A stretch of 64,000 nucleotides of DNA from Nitrososphaera sp. (GCA_013114715.1 QCWB01000001.1:6648-70647), one strand, 5' to 3'; positions 1 through 8,673 are shown, counted from the stretch's first letter. A program made the numbers and translations. The notes: generated by a model from the letters alone, not told the origin.

Positions 1-475
1 TCAAGCCCTTCGTGTATACTACCGCGTAAATGACGCCCATCAACAGGGCAGTGGCCAAGACCTCGATACCAAATATCAGAGGCAGCGTAAACGAATAGTT
101 TGGTGCGTTTGCTCCTAAGTTGGCGTCAGTGCCAATAAAACTTCTCACAAACAAGCTGCCAAGCAACGCGCCGGCTATTTCTGCAGCCAGGTAGACCGGA
201 AATCTTCTCAGGCTGGTATGCTTGCTGATGACAAAAGCAACCGTGACTGCCGGGTTAAAATGCGCCATCGATATCTTGCCAAAAGCGCGCACCATGAGCG
301 AAACGGCAATCGCCGGCGCAATTGCGGCAAACGGCGTGCCCAGAATCCCGCCGGCCCTCGCGTCTATCACTACTGAGCCGGTTGCAAAAACCACTATCAG
401 AAACGTGCCTGCAAGCTCTGCCAGAAAAATTTTCTGGCTGGCAGAAAGCCTACTTGCTATCGAGTTCTTTAACAA
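1..475 (-). CDS. MIP/aquaporin family channel (probable arsenite-conducting aquaglyceroporin), runs off window start
   Basis: Manual translation of the minus strand gives ..QKIFLAELAGTFLIVVFATGSV..AHFNPAVT..EIAGALLG..EVLATALL, with an NPA box. Start uncertain (TTG at 475). Lies directly downstream of arsC. Confidence 0.9.
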   Translation of the reverse strand, partial: MLKNSIASRLSASQKIFLAELAGTFLIVVFATGSVVIDARAGGILGTPFAAIAPAIAVSLMVRAFGKISMAHFNPAVTVAFVISKHTSLRRFPVYLAAEIAGALLGSLFVRSFIGTDANLGANAPNYSFTLPLIFGIEVLATALLMGVIYAVVYTKGL

Positions 476-860
476 GCTCTTTTACTCTTCTCTCTATCTC
501 GTCTCTTATCTGCCGGACCTTTTCTATGGGCTTGCCTTTTGGATCCTCTATGCCCCAGTCTACGGGGTTATTCAGAAACAGCAGGGGACATTCTTTTTGA
601 TCCATGCAGCCCATGTTGACAGCCCATGTCGATGCTATTATCATCTCGCCAGTAATTATCTTGGATTTCTGCCCGGCAATGTCTACGCCAACTTCCTTCA
701 TGGCCTGCACTGCAAGCGGGTTTATCTGCGATGCAGGCTTCGTGCCGGCGCTAACTGCCTTGTAGCCAGCCGGGGCATATTTTCTGAAAAAGCCTTCCGC
801 CATCTGGCTTCTTCCGGCATTTTCTACGCAAACAAAAAGGACGGTTTTTTCTTTTTTCAT
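450..860 (-). CDS. arsC: Arsenate reductase, LMW-PTP/thioredoxin type
   Basis: CVENAGRSQMAE P-loop, downstream GC..EC cysteines, W.IEDP motif. Confidence 0.92.
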   Translation of the reverse strand: MKKEKTVLFVCVENAGRSQMAEGFFRKYAPAGYKAVSAGTKPASQINPLAVQAMKEVGVDIAGQKSKIITGEMIIASTWAVNMGCMDQKECPLLFLNNPVDWGIEDPKGKPIEKVRQIRDEIERRVKELVKELDSK

Positions 861-1582
861 TTTACGGCCCTTACCACCACGCTTGATATCCGCCGGCCAT
901 CAACTTCGATGTAGGGCCGCTCTTTCAGTACCTTGATGTCAACAAAGCCGGCCTTGCTGATGCAAGATATGTAATTTTCCTTTGTCAGCGCGCCGTCAAT
1001 ACAGCTGGACCATTTTTCCGAGTCTATGTTTTCGGATTCTCTGTCTGTGACAAGGTCAGAAATGACCATCCGGCCACCGTCTCGAAGTATTCTCCTTATC
1101 TCTTTAAACGCGGCAACCTTGTCAGCTGTCAGGTTTATGACGCAATTGCTTATCACGACATCGGCGGCCGCATCTTCAAGCGGTATTCTCTCTTCGATAT
1201 CGCCGCGCCTGAATTCAACATTGTCAAATCCAGCAGCGTTTTTCCTTGCTTTTGCCAGCATTTCCTCGGTCATGTCAATTCCTATAACGCGGCCTGATTT
1301 CCCGACCCTGTTTGCCGACATGAACACGTCAATGCCAGCGCCAGAACCCAGATCTACTACAACTTCGCCCTGCTCTAGTGATGCGTGGTTTAGCGGAGCG
1401 CCGCATCCCACGCCCAGAATGGACTCCTGCGGCACTGCCTGCAGGTCTTTTTCACTGTAGCCTAGCGTGGCAGCAGCCTGAATCGGCGTGCCACACTGGC
1501 CAGGCATGCAACAGCAATCAGAGTTGCCGGTAAGCGCGATTTTGCCATACTTTGTTTTTATGGCCTCCTTGATATCTTGCAT
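857..1582 (-). CDS. arsM: Arsenite S-adenosylmethionine methyltransferase
   Basis: GVGCGAP, VVDLGSGAGID, SNCVINL and SCI cysteine pattern; 4-nt overlap with arsC. Confidence 0.9.
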   Translation of the reverse strand: MQDIKEAIKTKYGKIALTGNSDCCCMPGQCGTPIQAAATLGYSEKDLQAVPQESILGVGCGAPLNHASLEQGEVVVDLGSGAGIDVFMSANRVGKSGRVIGIDMTEEMLAKARKNAAGFDNVEFRRGDIEERIPLEDAAADVVISNCVINLTADKVAAFKEIRRILRDGGRMVISDLVTDRESENIDSEKWSSCIDGALTKENYISCISKAGFVDIKVLKERPYIEVDGRRISSVVVRAVK

Positions 1583-1645
1583 GCCATTGCTTTACTAGGG
1601 AAACTAATAAATTGTAAAGAGTAAACAAATACAGTTAGTTTAGCT

Positions 1646-2017
1646 TTGGAAACCAACCTTCCAGTAATACAGGGCTGCAACTTTTCCGGCTATGACGCCA
1701 GTTCATTGATGCTAGAGACAGCAAGGCTCCGTGAGCTGATAACAAAAAGAGGGACGCTTGAAATTCTGATCCCGCTATGCTGTACAGGCAATCCTGTAAG
1801 GTACAAGCAATTCAGAAACACCATCAAGGGAATAAGCAGCAAGACCTTGGCAAGCCGGCTAAAAGAGCTGGAAAAAGGCGGCATACTGGAGCGTCATGCA
1901 TACAACGAGATCCCTCCGAGAGTGGAGTACCGGCTCACAGATAAGGGCCAGGAACTTGTCGAGTCGGTGATAAATCTCCTGCAATGGATGCGCAAGTGGT
2001 CAGACGCAATAAAGTAG
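1646..2017 (+). CDS. HxlR-family winged-helix transcription regulator
   Basis: ISSKTLASRLKELE..G...R..Y.EIPPRVEY.LT.KG signature; divergent from arsM. Confidence 0.9.
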   Translation: METNLPVIQGCNFSGYDASSLMLETARLRELITKRGTLEILIPLCCTGNPVRYKQFRNTIKGISSKTLASRLKELEKGGILERHAYNEIPPRVEYRLTDKGQELVESVINLLQWMRKWSDAIK

Positions 2018-2518
2018 GCCAGGATACTCCAAGACAGGATATCGACGCGTGCTCAATGCTTCTTCTATGCGCTCCCTTTCCTTTCTTCGCCGCCGCTCAA
2101 GCATCAGGCCTGCAATATTTTCGGCCCTTTGCAGGTGGTCAAAGACTATGGTTGTCAGCCCCAGTCTGGTCATCAGCTTGCCAATAACGGAGACTATTCT
2201 CCGCATCATGGCGTCCCTTATCTCCGCAAAGCCGCGAAGCTGCTCTACCGTGGACTTGGAATCGCTTCTAACCGCCACCACCAGCTGGCGTTTGACGCTT
2301 CTTTTTTGCAGTGCTCGAATATACGCAATGTTGTCCCGCAGGGCGAAATAGATGGCCAAAAGCTCCATCCGCTGCACGCCAAACCGCTCATTTTTGGCTG
2401 CAGGACGCAGAGTCCTGATTTTGCTTGTTTCCGCATAATGGTTGTACCAGGCAATGTATCCAGAAGGCGAGGCATCAGCATCAATTACTATGCAGTGTTG
2501 CCGCACGTGTACATTCAC
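2000..2518 (-). CDS. RNase H-like fold protein
   Basis: IDAD / MELLAIYFAL / VRSDSKS spacing matches RNase HI D-E-D; the final Asp appears absent (NIAG). Confidence 0.6.
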   Translation of the reverse strand: MNVHVRQHCIVIDADASPSGYIAWYNHYAETSKIRTLRPAAKNERFGVQRMELLAIYFALRDNIAYIRALQKRSVKRQLVVAVRSDSKSTVEQLRGFAEIRDAMMRRIVSVIGKLMTRLGLTTIVFDHLQRAENIAGLMLERRRRKERERIEEALSTRRYPVLEYPGLLYCV

Positions 2519-2631
2519 ATAGGTCGTGGATATAAGTACATATTCGATAGAGAAAATATGCTAAATATAGAACAAATATTGACAAAGTCAATAATACATC
2601 TATATTTTTCAATCTAACTATAGAAATTACG

Positions 2632-2711
2632 CGAGGATGATGGTGTGGCCCCGAAGCGTCACAATTTGGCGACGACAAGCAATCTGCTGTCGGGGTTTCC
2701 AGTCAACCTCG
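2632..2711 (+). ncRNA. Candidate structured RNA hairpin, copy 1 (unknown family)
   Basis: Stems CGAGG/CCTCG, TGATGG/CCA(G)TCA, CCCCGA-AGC/GCT(G)TCGGGG; core shared with 30489-30558. Confidence 0.5.
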
Positions 2712-2821
2712 ATGTCCGCAGCATGAGAATATAACAACATAAAGAAAAGGCTATCGTACATAGAATACATGCAGATCATATATCAAATAGTATATGATGT
2801 TGCCTGATATCAGCCAGTAAT

Positions 2822-3583
2822 CTAGGAGCTCATGATGTCTACAAATCGCCTGTAATGCTGGTCGCGAAAGGCATTTTCCTTTTCAATGATTTCATCCGGC
2901 CCACGGACTTGCTGCAGATACTCCAAGGTAATGTCTGCATCATGGATAAGGCCTAGAACTTCCTGCAGCTCTTCTAGCCTGGTAGTTACATTGCCGCCAA
3001 TTATCTTGGCCAGCTTTTTGCCGTGTTTTGTCTTGGAATCGGCTGGCAAGATCTCTAGAATGTAGCGCAGTCTTTTCAGGTCCTTTCGAAGCTCATGCAG
3101 CAGCTCTTTTTCCTCGCTTTTTGAAATGACAACAGGCAGCGATTCCTTTACCCGGCCAGTCAGTTTTCTGACTACCTGGCTAGTTCGCTTCTCAATAGCC
3201 TTCTCCTTAACTTCCAGACTCAGCGGCTTCATTTTCTGTATCTTTCCGGCAATCTTTACCGCCCGGCCAAGCTCGGATCGACGCTTTCTGGCAAGGGCAG
3301 CCATTATGCTTTCTTCTGCTTTGTGCTCCTCAATTCTTTGCCTGATGATGTCGCAGTCACGAACCTGGCTGTTGGCCTTGAAAAAATCCTTGTACGCATT
3401 GATGTGCTTTTCAATTGCCTTGCGCTCCTTTTTTGGCAAAAGAGTGAAACAGGCCTCCAGCCGGCGAAGCGAAGTCCTGACATCGTGTACGGCCTCGGCA
3501 TCCTCCGGCTCCTGCAGGTACTTGCCAAGCCGCTTGTTTACACGTTTTATGCTTTTGTCGAACTCGTCGAAAAAAGATTTCAG
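2822..3583 (-). CDS. CHAD domain (polyphosphate-binding) protein
   Basis: HDVRTSLRRL, RDCD, HELRKDLKRLRY and LQEVLGLIHD motifs. The frame is open upstream of the track start to a CTG at 3583 that overlaps the upstream TGA. Confidence 0.88.
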   Translation of the reverse strand: MKSFFDEFDKSIKRVNKRLGKYLQEPEDAEAVHDVRTSLRRLEACFTLLPKKERKAIEKHINAYKDFFKANSQVRDCDIIRQRIEEHKAEESIMAALARKRRSELGRAVKIAGKIQKMKPLSLEVKEKAIEKRTSQVVRKLTGRVKESLPVVISKSEEKELLHELRKDLKRLRYILEILPADSKTKHGKKLAKIIGGNVTTRLEELQEVLGLIHDADITLEYLQQVRGPDEIIEKENAFRDQHYRRFVDIMSS

Positions 3584-4320
3584 TTAGTGTCAGGCCTCGG
3601 CTTTTGCGTGCTGGAAGCCAGATAATCGTCAATCCTCTTTTGCAGGTCTGCGTTAATCTCTTGAATCGGCCGGTTGCCGTCTATTATCGTCAGGTTGTAT
3701 CTTTTCTGCATCCTGTGGAATTCCCTGCCTATTCTTGCCTGGTAGATGAGAAATGACTCAAACATGTCGTCTGAGAGTCCCATGTCTGCCCCTGACTCAA
3801 AGTAGTCAAGAAAAGTGTTCTTTTGGAAGACCCGGTGTACAAGCTCGTTTGGATCGACGTCCAGATAAAATACCAGGTCTGGAACAATCGCAAATCCAAA
3901 CAGGCTGTGGGACCATTTCCTGCTTATGCCCCTGACGGTGCTTCTGGCCATCAGGGTGTAGATGTACCTGTCTGCAAGAACGATGTAGCCAGCGCGCAGG
4001 GCCGGAATTATCTTATTTTCAAGCTGGTCGGCAAAATCAGCAGCATAAAACAGGCTCAGGGTTTTTCTGCCTATGGCAAAATTCCTTTTTGCTTCAAGGA
4101 TACCCTCGCTGATGAGCTCAGACCTCTTTAGGCCGGTATTCAACACCGCGTGGCCGGCAGCTTCGAGGCTTGAAGTCAACATCCCTATCTGCGTGCTTCG
4201 GCCAGAAGCATCCGGGCCTTCTATGACAACAAGCTTGCCCCTTACCTCCGTGTCCTCGAAATACGGGATTCCATGGCCGTAAAATCTAAGCCTTCCTTCC
4301 TGTATCTTTTTCATACCCAT
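3580..4320 (-). CDS. Thymidylate-kinase-like protein (variant P-loop), possible polyphosphate kinase subunit
   Basis: IEGPDASGRSTQ, VLADRYIYT, PDLVFYLDV. Confidence 0.85.
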   Translation of the reverse strand: MGMKKIQEGRLRFYGHGIPYFEDTEVRGKLVVIEGPDASGRSTQIGMLTSSLEAAGHAVLNTGLKRSELISEGILEAKRNFAIGRKTLSLFYAADFADQLENKIIPALRAGYIVLADRYIYTLMARSTVRGISRKWSHSLFGFAIVPDLVFYLDVDPNELVHRVFQKNTFLDYFESGADMGLSDDMFESFLIYQARIGREFHRMQKRYNLTIIDGNRPIQEINADLQKRIDDYLASSTQKPRPDTN

Positions 4321-4979
4321 GCCTCCTTCAGCTTTGCAGGAATCATTGCCAGGACCTTTTGCCGCACCATCTCCTGCTGCTGTTCAATATCCGCCGTGCC
4401 GTCAATGACTACGAATTTTTCCGGCTTTATCATGGATTCATACTGTTCTACTATTCTTCCCTGAAAGATCCTGTAACTTTCATACGGGTCGTTGCTCAGG
4501 TTCAGGTCCATCCCAGCCTCGTAGTATTTCAGCTTCGGCCTGTTCTTGGTTATCCTCTCAAAAGCAACGTCTACCGGCACCTTGAAGTAAAATGCCAAGT
4601 CCGGCTTTACTGCAAAATCATACAAATGGCGCACCCAATAGGGGTTGCAACCCCTTACCACGTCTCGTGCAAAGGCCGTGTAGACGTACCTGTCTGCAAG
4701 CACAATGTAGCCAGCGCGCAGCAGCGGCAGTATGTGCCTTTCATACCTGTCTGTAAAGTCGGTTGCGTGAAGAAGGCTAAATGTGATTGGAGTCAGCAAG
4801 CCCTTCTTCTTGCCCTTGGACGTTATCTCCTTCACCGTTTCGGAGGAATTCCACTCTGTAAAAAAAACAGGCATGCCGATGTACCGCAACCATTTTTCCA
4901 GAAGGTGGATTTGGGTTGATTTCCCGGAACCATCTACACCTTCGACTATGATCAGTTTTCCTTTTACTGGATATCTCAT
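4311..4979 (-). CDS. Thymidylate-kinase-like protein (canonical P-loop), possible polyphosphate kinase subunit
   Basis: VEGVDGSGKSTQ, VLADRYVYT, KPDLAFY. Confidence 0.88.
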   Translation of the reverse strand: MRYPVKGKLIIVEGVDGSGKSTQIHLLEKWLRYIGMPVFFTEWNSSETVKEITSKGKKKGLLTPITFSLLHATDFTDRYERHILPLLRAGYIVLADRYVYTAFARDVVRGCNPYWVRHLYDFAVKPDLAFYFKVPVDVAFERITKNRPKLKYYEAGMDLNLSNDPYESYRIFQGRIVEQYESMIKPEKFVVIDGTADIEQQQEMVRQKVLAMIPAKLKEAWV

Positions 4980-6493
4980 ACGATCACCTTTATCTTGGAC
5001 TTACCGTTTCCGGCCCTGTCCATTATATGGTAGCTGACGGCAACATCAAAGGCCTGCTCAAAATTCTTCAGCGTGCTGGCCAGCAAGGCAGGCATAACAG
5101 ACTTTCTTGCAGCAGTAATCTTTATTGTTATTTTTTTGTCGGTAATGGCCAGCTTGACTTCTGACCGGGTTCGTTCCAAAATAGCCGAGAGAGCCAGGCA
5201 TGCGGCTATCTTTCTGATGGATTTCATGTTCTGCGGCTCTAGTATTGATTTGTACCTTGAGAAAAGCCAGTCGACGGCCTTTTCCTTCTTGTTGTACAAT
5301 ATGGACAGCGAAAGTATCAGTTGCTCTCGGTGAGTCAGAAATGCGTTGTCATCGTCCATCATTATGTGAAACAGGTTATTCAGGTTAGTGAGTATGGGCA
5401 GGTCTGACATCTGATTTATGGCGTGTATCAGGATTGTCTTTTCTTTTTCGCGCATCAGGCCGGCGGCGACTAGCGGCTTAACAAGCATGAAGGTGTATCT
5501 GGGAAGCATTTCCTGCTTGCAGGCAAAGGCAACAAAAGTCCTAGCTTTTTCGCCGTTCATGCTGCCATTGTAATATGTCTTGGGATCGCGCGCAAACACA
5601 GACATTATTCCTTCGCGCAGGCCCCTTGCGCTGACAACTATCTTGTCAAATTCAAGCGCCTGCATCAAAGACGCGATTATTGCCGAGCCGGGGATTATGG
5701 TGTCCAGCCTGTTGCTGCCCACAGCCTTGATGTCTGCCAGCTCCTCTACGTCCATTCTGGCAAGCCTCCTAGATAGACTGGAAACAGACTGGTAATCCAT
5801 CCGGTAGTTGTGGATCTTGTCAAGCTCGTAGCCAACAAGTTCCTGGTTGTATCTGGCCAGCGCGCGCAGGGTACCGCCCACACCAACAAGCGTTGTATCT
5901 ATGCTCAGGCTAAGCTCCTTTTTGTAAGGCAGTGTGTCTAGGATATGATCTATCATCTTGTTGTAGTCTTTTTTGGAAAATGTGCCCCTATTTCCGAACA
6001 TCTGCGAAAGCCGCAGCGCGCCAAGCGGATACGACTTTATCTTTTTTATCGAGTGGTTTTCTGAATATACAAGTTCCAAGCTGCCGCCGCCCAGGTCAAA
6101 GAACAGCGAAGTCGGGACGCAGATGGATTCAAGCGCGCCTACGTAGGAATAGAATGCCTCCTCCTGGCCAGTCAAGACCTTGAACTGGAAACCCGTCTTG
6201 CGGTAGGCTTGCTCCAAGAAATGCTCCCGGTTGCCAGCATCCCGGACAGCGCTTGTAGCCACCGGCAGGACGTGCTTTATAGAATCGAAATTGATGACAT
6301 CTCGGAAAAGTTTCAGCGCCTCGATCGTGCGCTCAATCGGCTCGCGGCCGAGGTATCCTGTCTTGTCCATGCCCTCGCCGAGCCGGACCTTGACACCTTC
6401 GTTCTGGTAGGCCTTGAAACTTCCGTCCTTGTTGACGTTGTAGTTGACCATCTTTACCGAGTTAAAGCCCAAGTCAATTACAGAAACTTTCAA
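4976..6493 (-). CDS. ppx: Exopolyphosphatase, Ppx/GppA family
   Basis: VIDLGFNS, VATSAVRDA.N, GQEEA, DLGGGSLEL, GVGGT, GLREG. Confidence 0.95.
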   Translation of the reverse strand: MKVSVIDLGFNSVKMVNYNVNKDGSFKAYQNEGVKVRLGEGMDKTGYLGREPIERTIEALKLFRDVINFDSIKHVLPVATSAVRDAGNREHFLEQAYRKTGFQFKVLTGQEEAFYSYVGALESICVPTSLFFDLGGGSLELVYSENHSIKKIKSYPLGALRLSQMFGNRGTFSKKDYNKMIDHILDTLPYKKELSLSIDTTLVGVGGTLRALARYNQELVGYELDKIHNYRMDYQSVSSLSRRLARMDVEELADIKAVGSNRLDTIIPGSAIIASLMQALEFDKIVVSARGLREGIMSVFARDPKTYYNGSMNGEKARTFVAFACKQEMLPRYTFMLVKPLVAAGLMREKEKTILIHAINQMSDLPILTNLNNLFHIMMDDDNAFLTHREQLILSLSILYNKKEKAVDWLFSRYKSILEPQNMKSIRKIAACLALSAILERTRSEVKLAITDKKITIKITAARKSVMPALLASTLKNFEQAFDVAVSYHIMDRAGNGKSKIKVIV

Positions 6494-6499
6494 GCCAAT

Positions 6500-6997
6500 C
6501 TACACCATCTTTTTCATGTGCTTTGGAGTCAGTAGCCATCTTAGCTCGCCTTTTGCCTTGGGTTGAATCGAGGTAACGCCTACCTTGGCAAGGCCGGCCT
6601 TTTTCAGGATTATATGGCCAGTACCGCTGCCAAAAACCAGCTCGCTTATCATGATGCTCAGGTAGGGCTCGTGACCAACGACCATGACCGATGCTTCGTG
6701 CTTGAACTGCGACAGCCTGCGGTACAGCTCAATCCTGCTTCCTTCCGGCTTGAGTTCATCCCATTGCTCAAAGGCGGCCTTTTTTACCTTCAGCGCTTTG
6801 GCGACAATCTCTGCAGTTTGAAGTGCCCGTTTCAGCGGGCTAGTAGCAATAAAGTCAAGTTTTACGTCCAGAGCAATAAGAAACTTGGCTATCTCTTCAA
6901 CTTCGTTCTGGCCAGTGACAGTCAAAGACCTTTCAATGTCTTCTGCCACTCCAATTCTTTTGCCGGCCTCGCCGTGACGAAGTATGAAAAGCTCCAT
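6500..6997 (-). CDS. sixA: Phosphohistidine phosphatase SixA
   Basis: LRHGEA, TSPLKRALQTAE, VGHEP. Confidence 0.92.
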   Translation of the reverse strand: MELFILRHGEAGKRIGVAEDIERSLTVTGQNEVEEIAKFLIALDVKLDFIATSPLKRALQTAEIVAKALKVKKAAFEQWDELKPEGSRIELYRRLSQFKHEASVMVVGHEPYLSIMISELVFGSGTGHIILKKAGLAKVGVTSIQPKAKGELRWLLTPKHMKKMV

Positions 6998-7076
6998 GAT
7001 TAAAAGAGTTACCAGTAACTATATCAAATTATCTTGAGCAAAAAGAATTCCACCATAAAACATATAGACCATATAG

Positions 7077-7301
7077 CTACCTTGAAAAAGACATCTCCAG
7101 GCTTGGCATGACCCTTATCGTATATTTCTCGTCGATTGTAAGCGGGATCCTCGATAACGGGCTGCAGCATGACGGACAACTGTCAATAGACTCTTTTCCA
7201 AATACGGTTGCACACCAGAAACAGGATTCGCAAAGCCCAAAGCTGCGCTGGTTGTATTTTGAAGACGGAACCTCAATAACTAAGTAATTTGTCATAGTCA
7301 T
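7077..7301 (-). CDS. Small zinc-ribbon protein
   Basis: CESCFWC...CPSC pattern, 74 aa. Confidence 0.65.
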   Translation of the reverse strand: MTMTNYLVIEVPSSKYNQRSFGLCESCFWCATVFGKESIDSCPSCCSPLSRIPLTIDEKYTIRVMPSLEMSFSR

Positions 7302-7507
7302 AATATCCGGGATGAATTATTATTAGTTCTCGATATTGTTTTCGTGGCGAAAAAGCTTCTAAGCTTACAAACATGCTTCCATTATTCTATATTGGATACG
7401 CTTTTGTCTTCGAGCTACCCTGTAATCTCGGGGTTGATTGCAATTCAGGCTACAGCCTGCCATCCCCAACGCCACAATCAACCTCTCTTTTTCTAGTTCA
7501 ACTTTTC

Positions 7508-7524
7508 TCTATATTCAATATAGA
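7508..7524. promoter_or_regulatory. Palindromic operator candidate upstream of phoU
   Basis: TCTATATT-C-AATATAGA perfect inverted repeat. Confidence 0.45.
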
Positions 7525-7584
7525 ACATGGCGAGCACTATAGTCTATTCTCACAAATGTTTATTGTTGGCATACCGAGTTCGTT

Positions 7585-8667
7585 TTGATGGATGTCGTCA
7601 GCGAAATACAGGCTATGGATCATAAAGAAGTAAGAAAGATCCAGTTTACTGGAAGATCGACCTACATACTCTCATTGCCAAAAAAATGGATCGAAGAGAT
7701 GCGCCTTAAGGCTGGCGATCAAGTCACTCTGGTCAGGAGCGCGGATAATTCGCTATCCATCGTTCCGACAAATACCGGCGCGTCTGAAACCCTTAGCGAA
7801 GCTACAGCCATAATCACGTCTAGCGATAGCAGCAACACGCTGCAGAGAAAGGTAGTCTCAATCTATCTGGCCGGCTATAACATTATCCACCTGAAGCTAA
7901 AGGCAGGCAGAATAAACCCGTCATTGCGCGATGCAGTCAGGGAGCTAGTAAGGCGCAACCTTGTTGGGACAGAAATGATAGCCGACGCCTCGGATATTAT
8001 TACATTGCAGGTTCTTCTGTCGTTGCCAGAGTTATCGGTCAACACGGCTATCAGAAGAATGTACCTCATCGCGTCTTCGATGCACAAAGACGCTATACTT
8101 TCGCTTGCAGAACTTAACCAAGATCTGGCCAAGGAGGTCATCAAATCAGACGACGAAGTAGACCGGTTCAGCCTGTACGTGCTGCGAAACCTGGTGATGG
8201 CCACGCAGAACGGCCGCGTTTTGCGCGAGATGGGTCTAAAGAACCCCTCAGACTGCCTCAGCTACCGCGTCGTCGTCAAAAGCATCGAGCGGGTTGCAGA
8301 CCATGCATGCGGCATAGCCGAGATGACTATCAAGCTGAAAGAAAAGATCCCAAAGAACATATTTAGTGGCATCGAGAAGATGAGCCTTCTAGCTCTTTCC
8401 GTCCTCGGAGACTCCATAGCAGCATTTTTGGCCAGAGATTATGTGCTTGCAGACAAGACGGTGGACAAGGCCGGCAGCATCCAGGAGCTTGAAGACGAGG
8501 TCGTGTCTGCCATGGAAAAGGACAAGATTCACGACATAGCAAATATCAAGCTGGTCCTCGAAGACATCCGGCGAACCGCGGAATACGCAAGCGACGTTGC
8601 AGAATCAGCTCTGAACGAAACTATAGACGGCATTATCGAGACGCATCACTCTGGCCGCATGAAATAA
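7585..8667 (+). CDS. phoU: Phosphate uptake regulator, AbrB DNA-binding domain + PhoU repeats
   Basis: RKIQFTGRSTYILSLPKKW (AbrB-type N-terminus); DDEVDR, IERVADHA, IRRTAEYA. Confidence 0.93.
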   Translation: MMDVVSEIQAMDHKEVRKIQFTGRSTYILSLPKKWIEEMRLKAGDQVTLVRSADNSLSIVPTNTGASETLSEATAIITSSDSSNTLQRKVVSIYLAGYNIIHLKLKAGRINPSLRDAVRELVRRNLVGTEMIADASDIITLQVLLSLPELSVNTAIRRMYLIASSMHKDAILSLAELNQDLAKEVIKSDDEVDRFSLYVLRNLVMATQNGRVLREMGLKNPSDCLSYRVVVKSIERVADHACGIAEMTIKLKEKIPKNIFSGIEKMSLLALSVLGDSIAAFLARDYVLADKTVDKAGSIQELEDEVVSAMEKDKIHDIANIKLVLEDIRRTAEYASDVAESALNETIDGIIETHHSGRMK

Positions 8668-8673
8668 GCTGCA

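Noticed and set aside
222-914. 230-aa plus-strand ORF and many similar overlapping ORFs in the track
   Set aside because: Antisense shadows of motif-bearing genes (here MIP and arsC), with no motifs of their own
2692-2706. GGGGTTTCCAGTCAA read as an ORB
   Set aside because: Only a half match, not near cdc6, and embedded in a covarying hairpin
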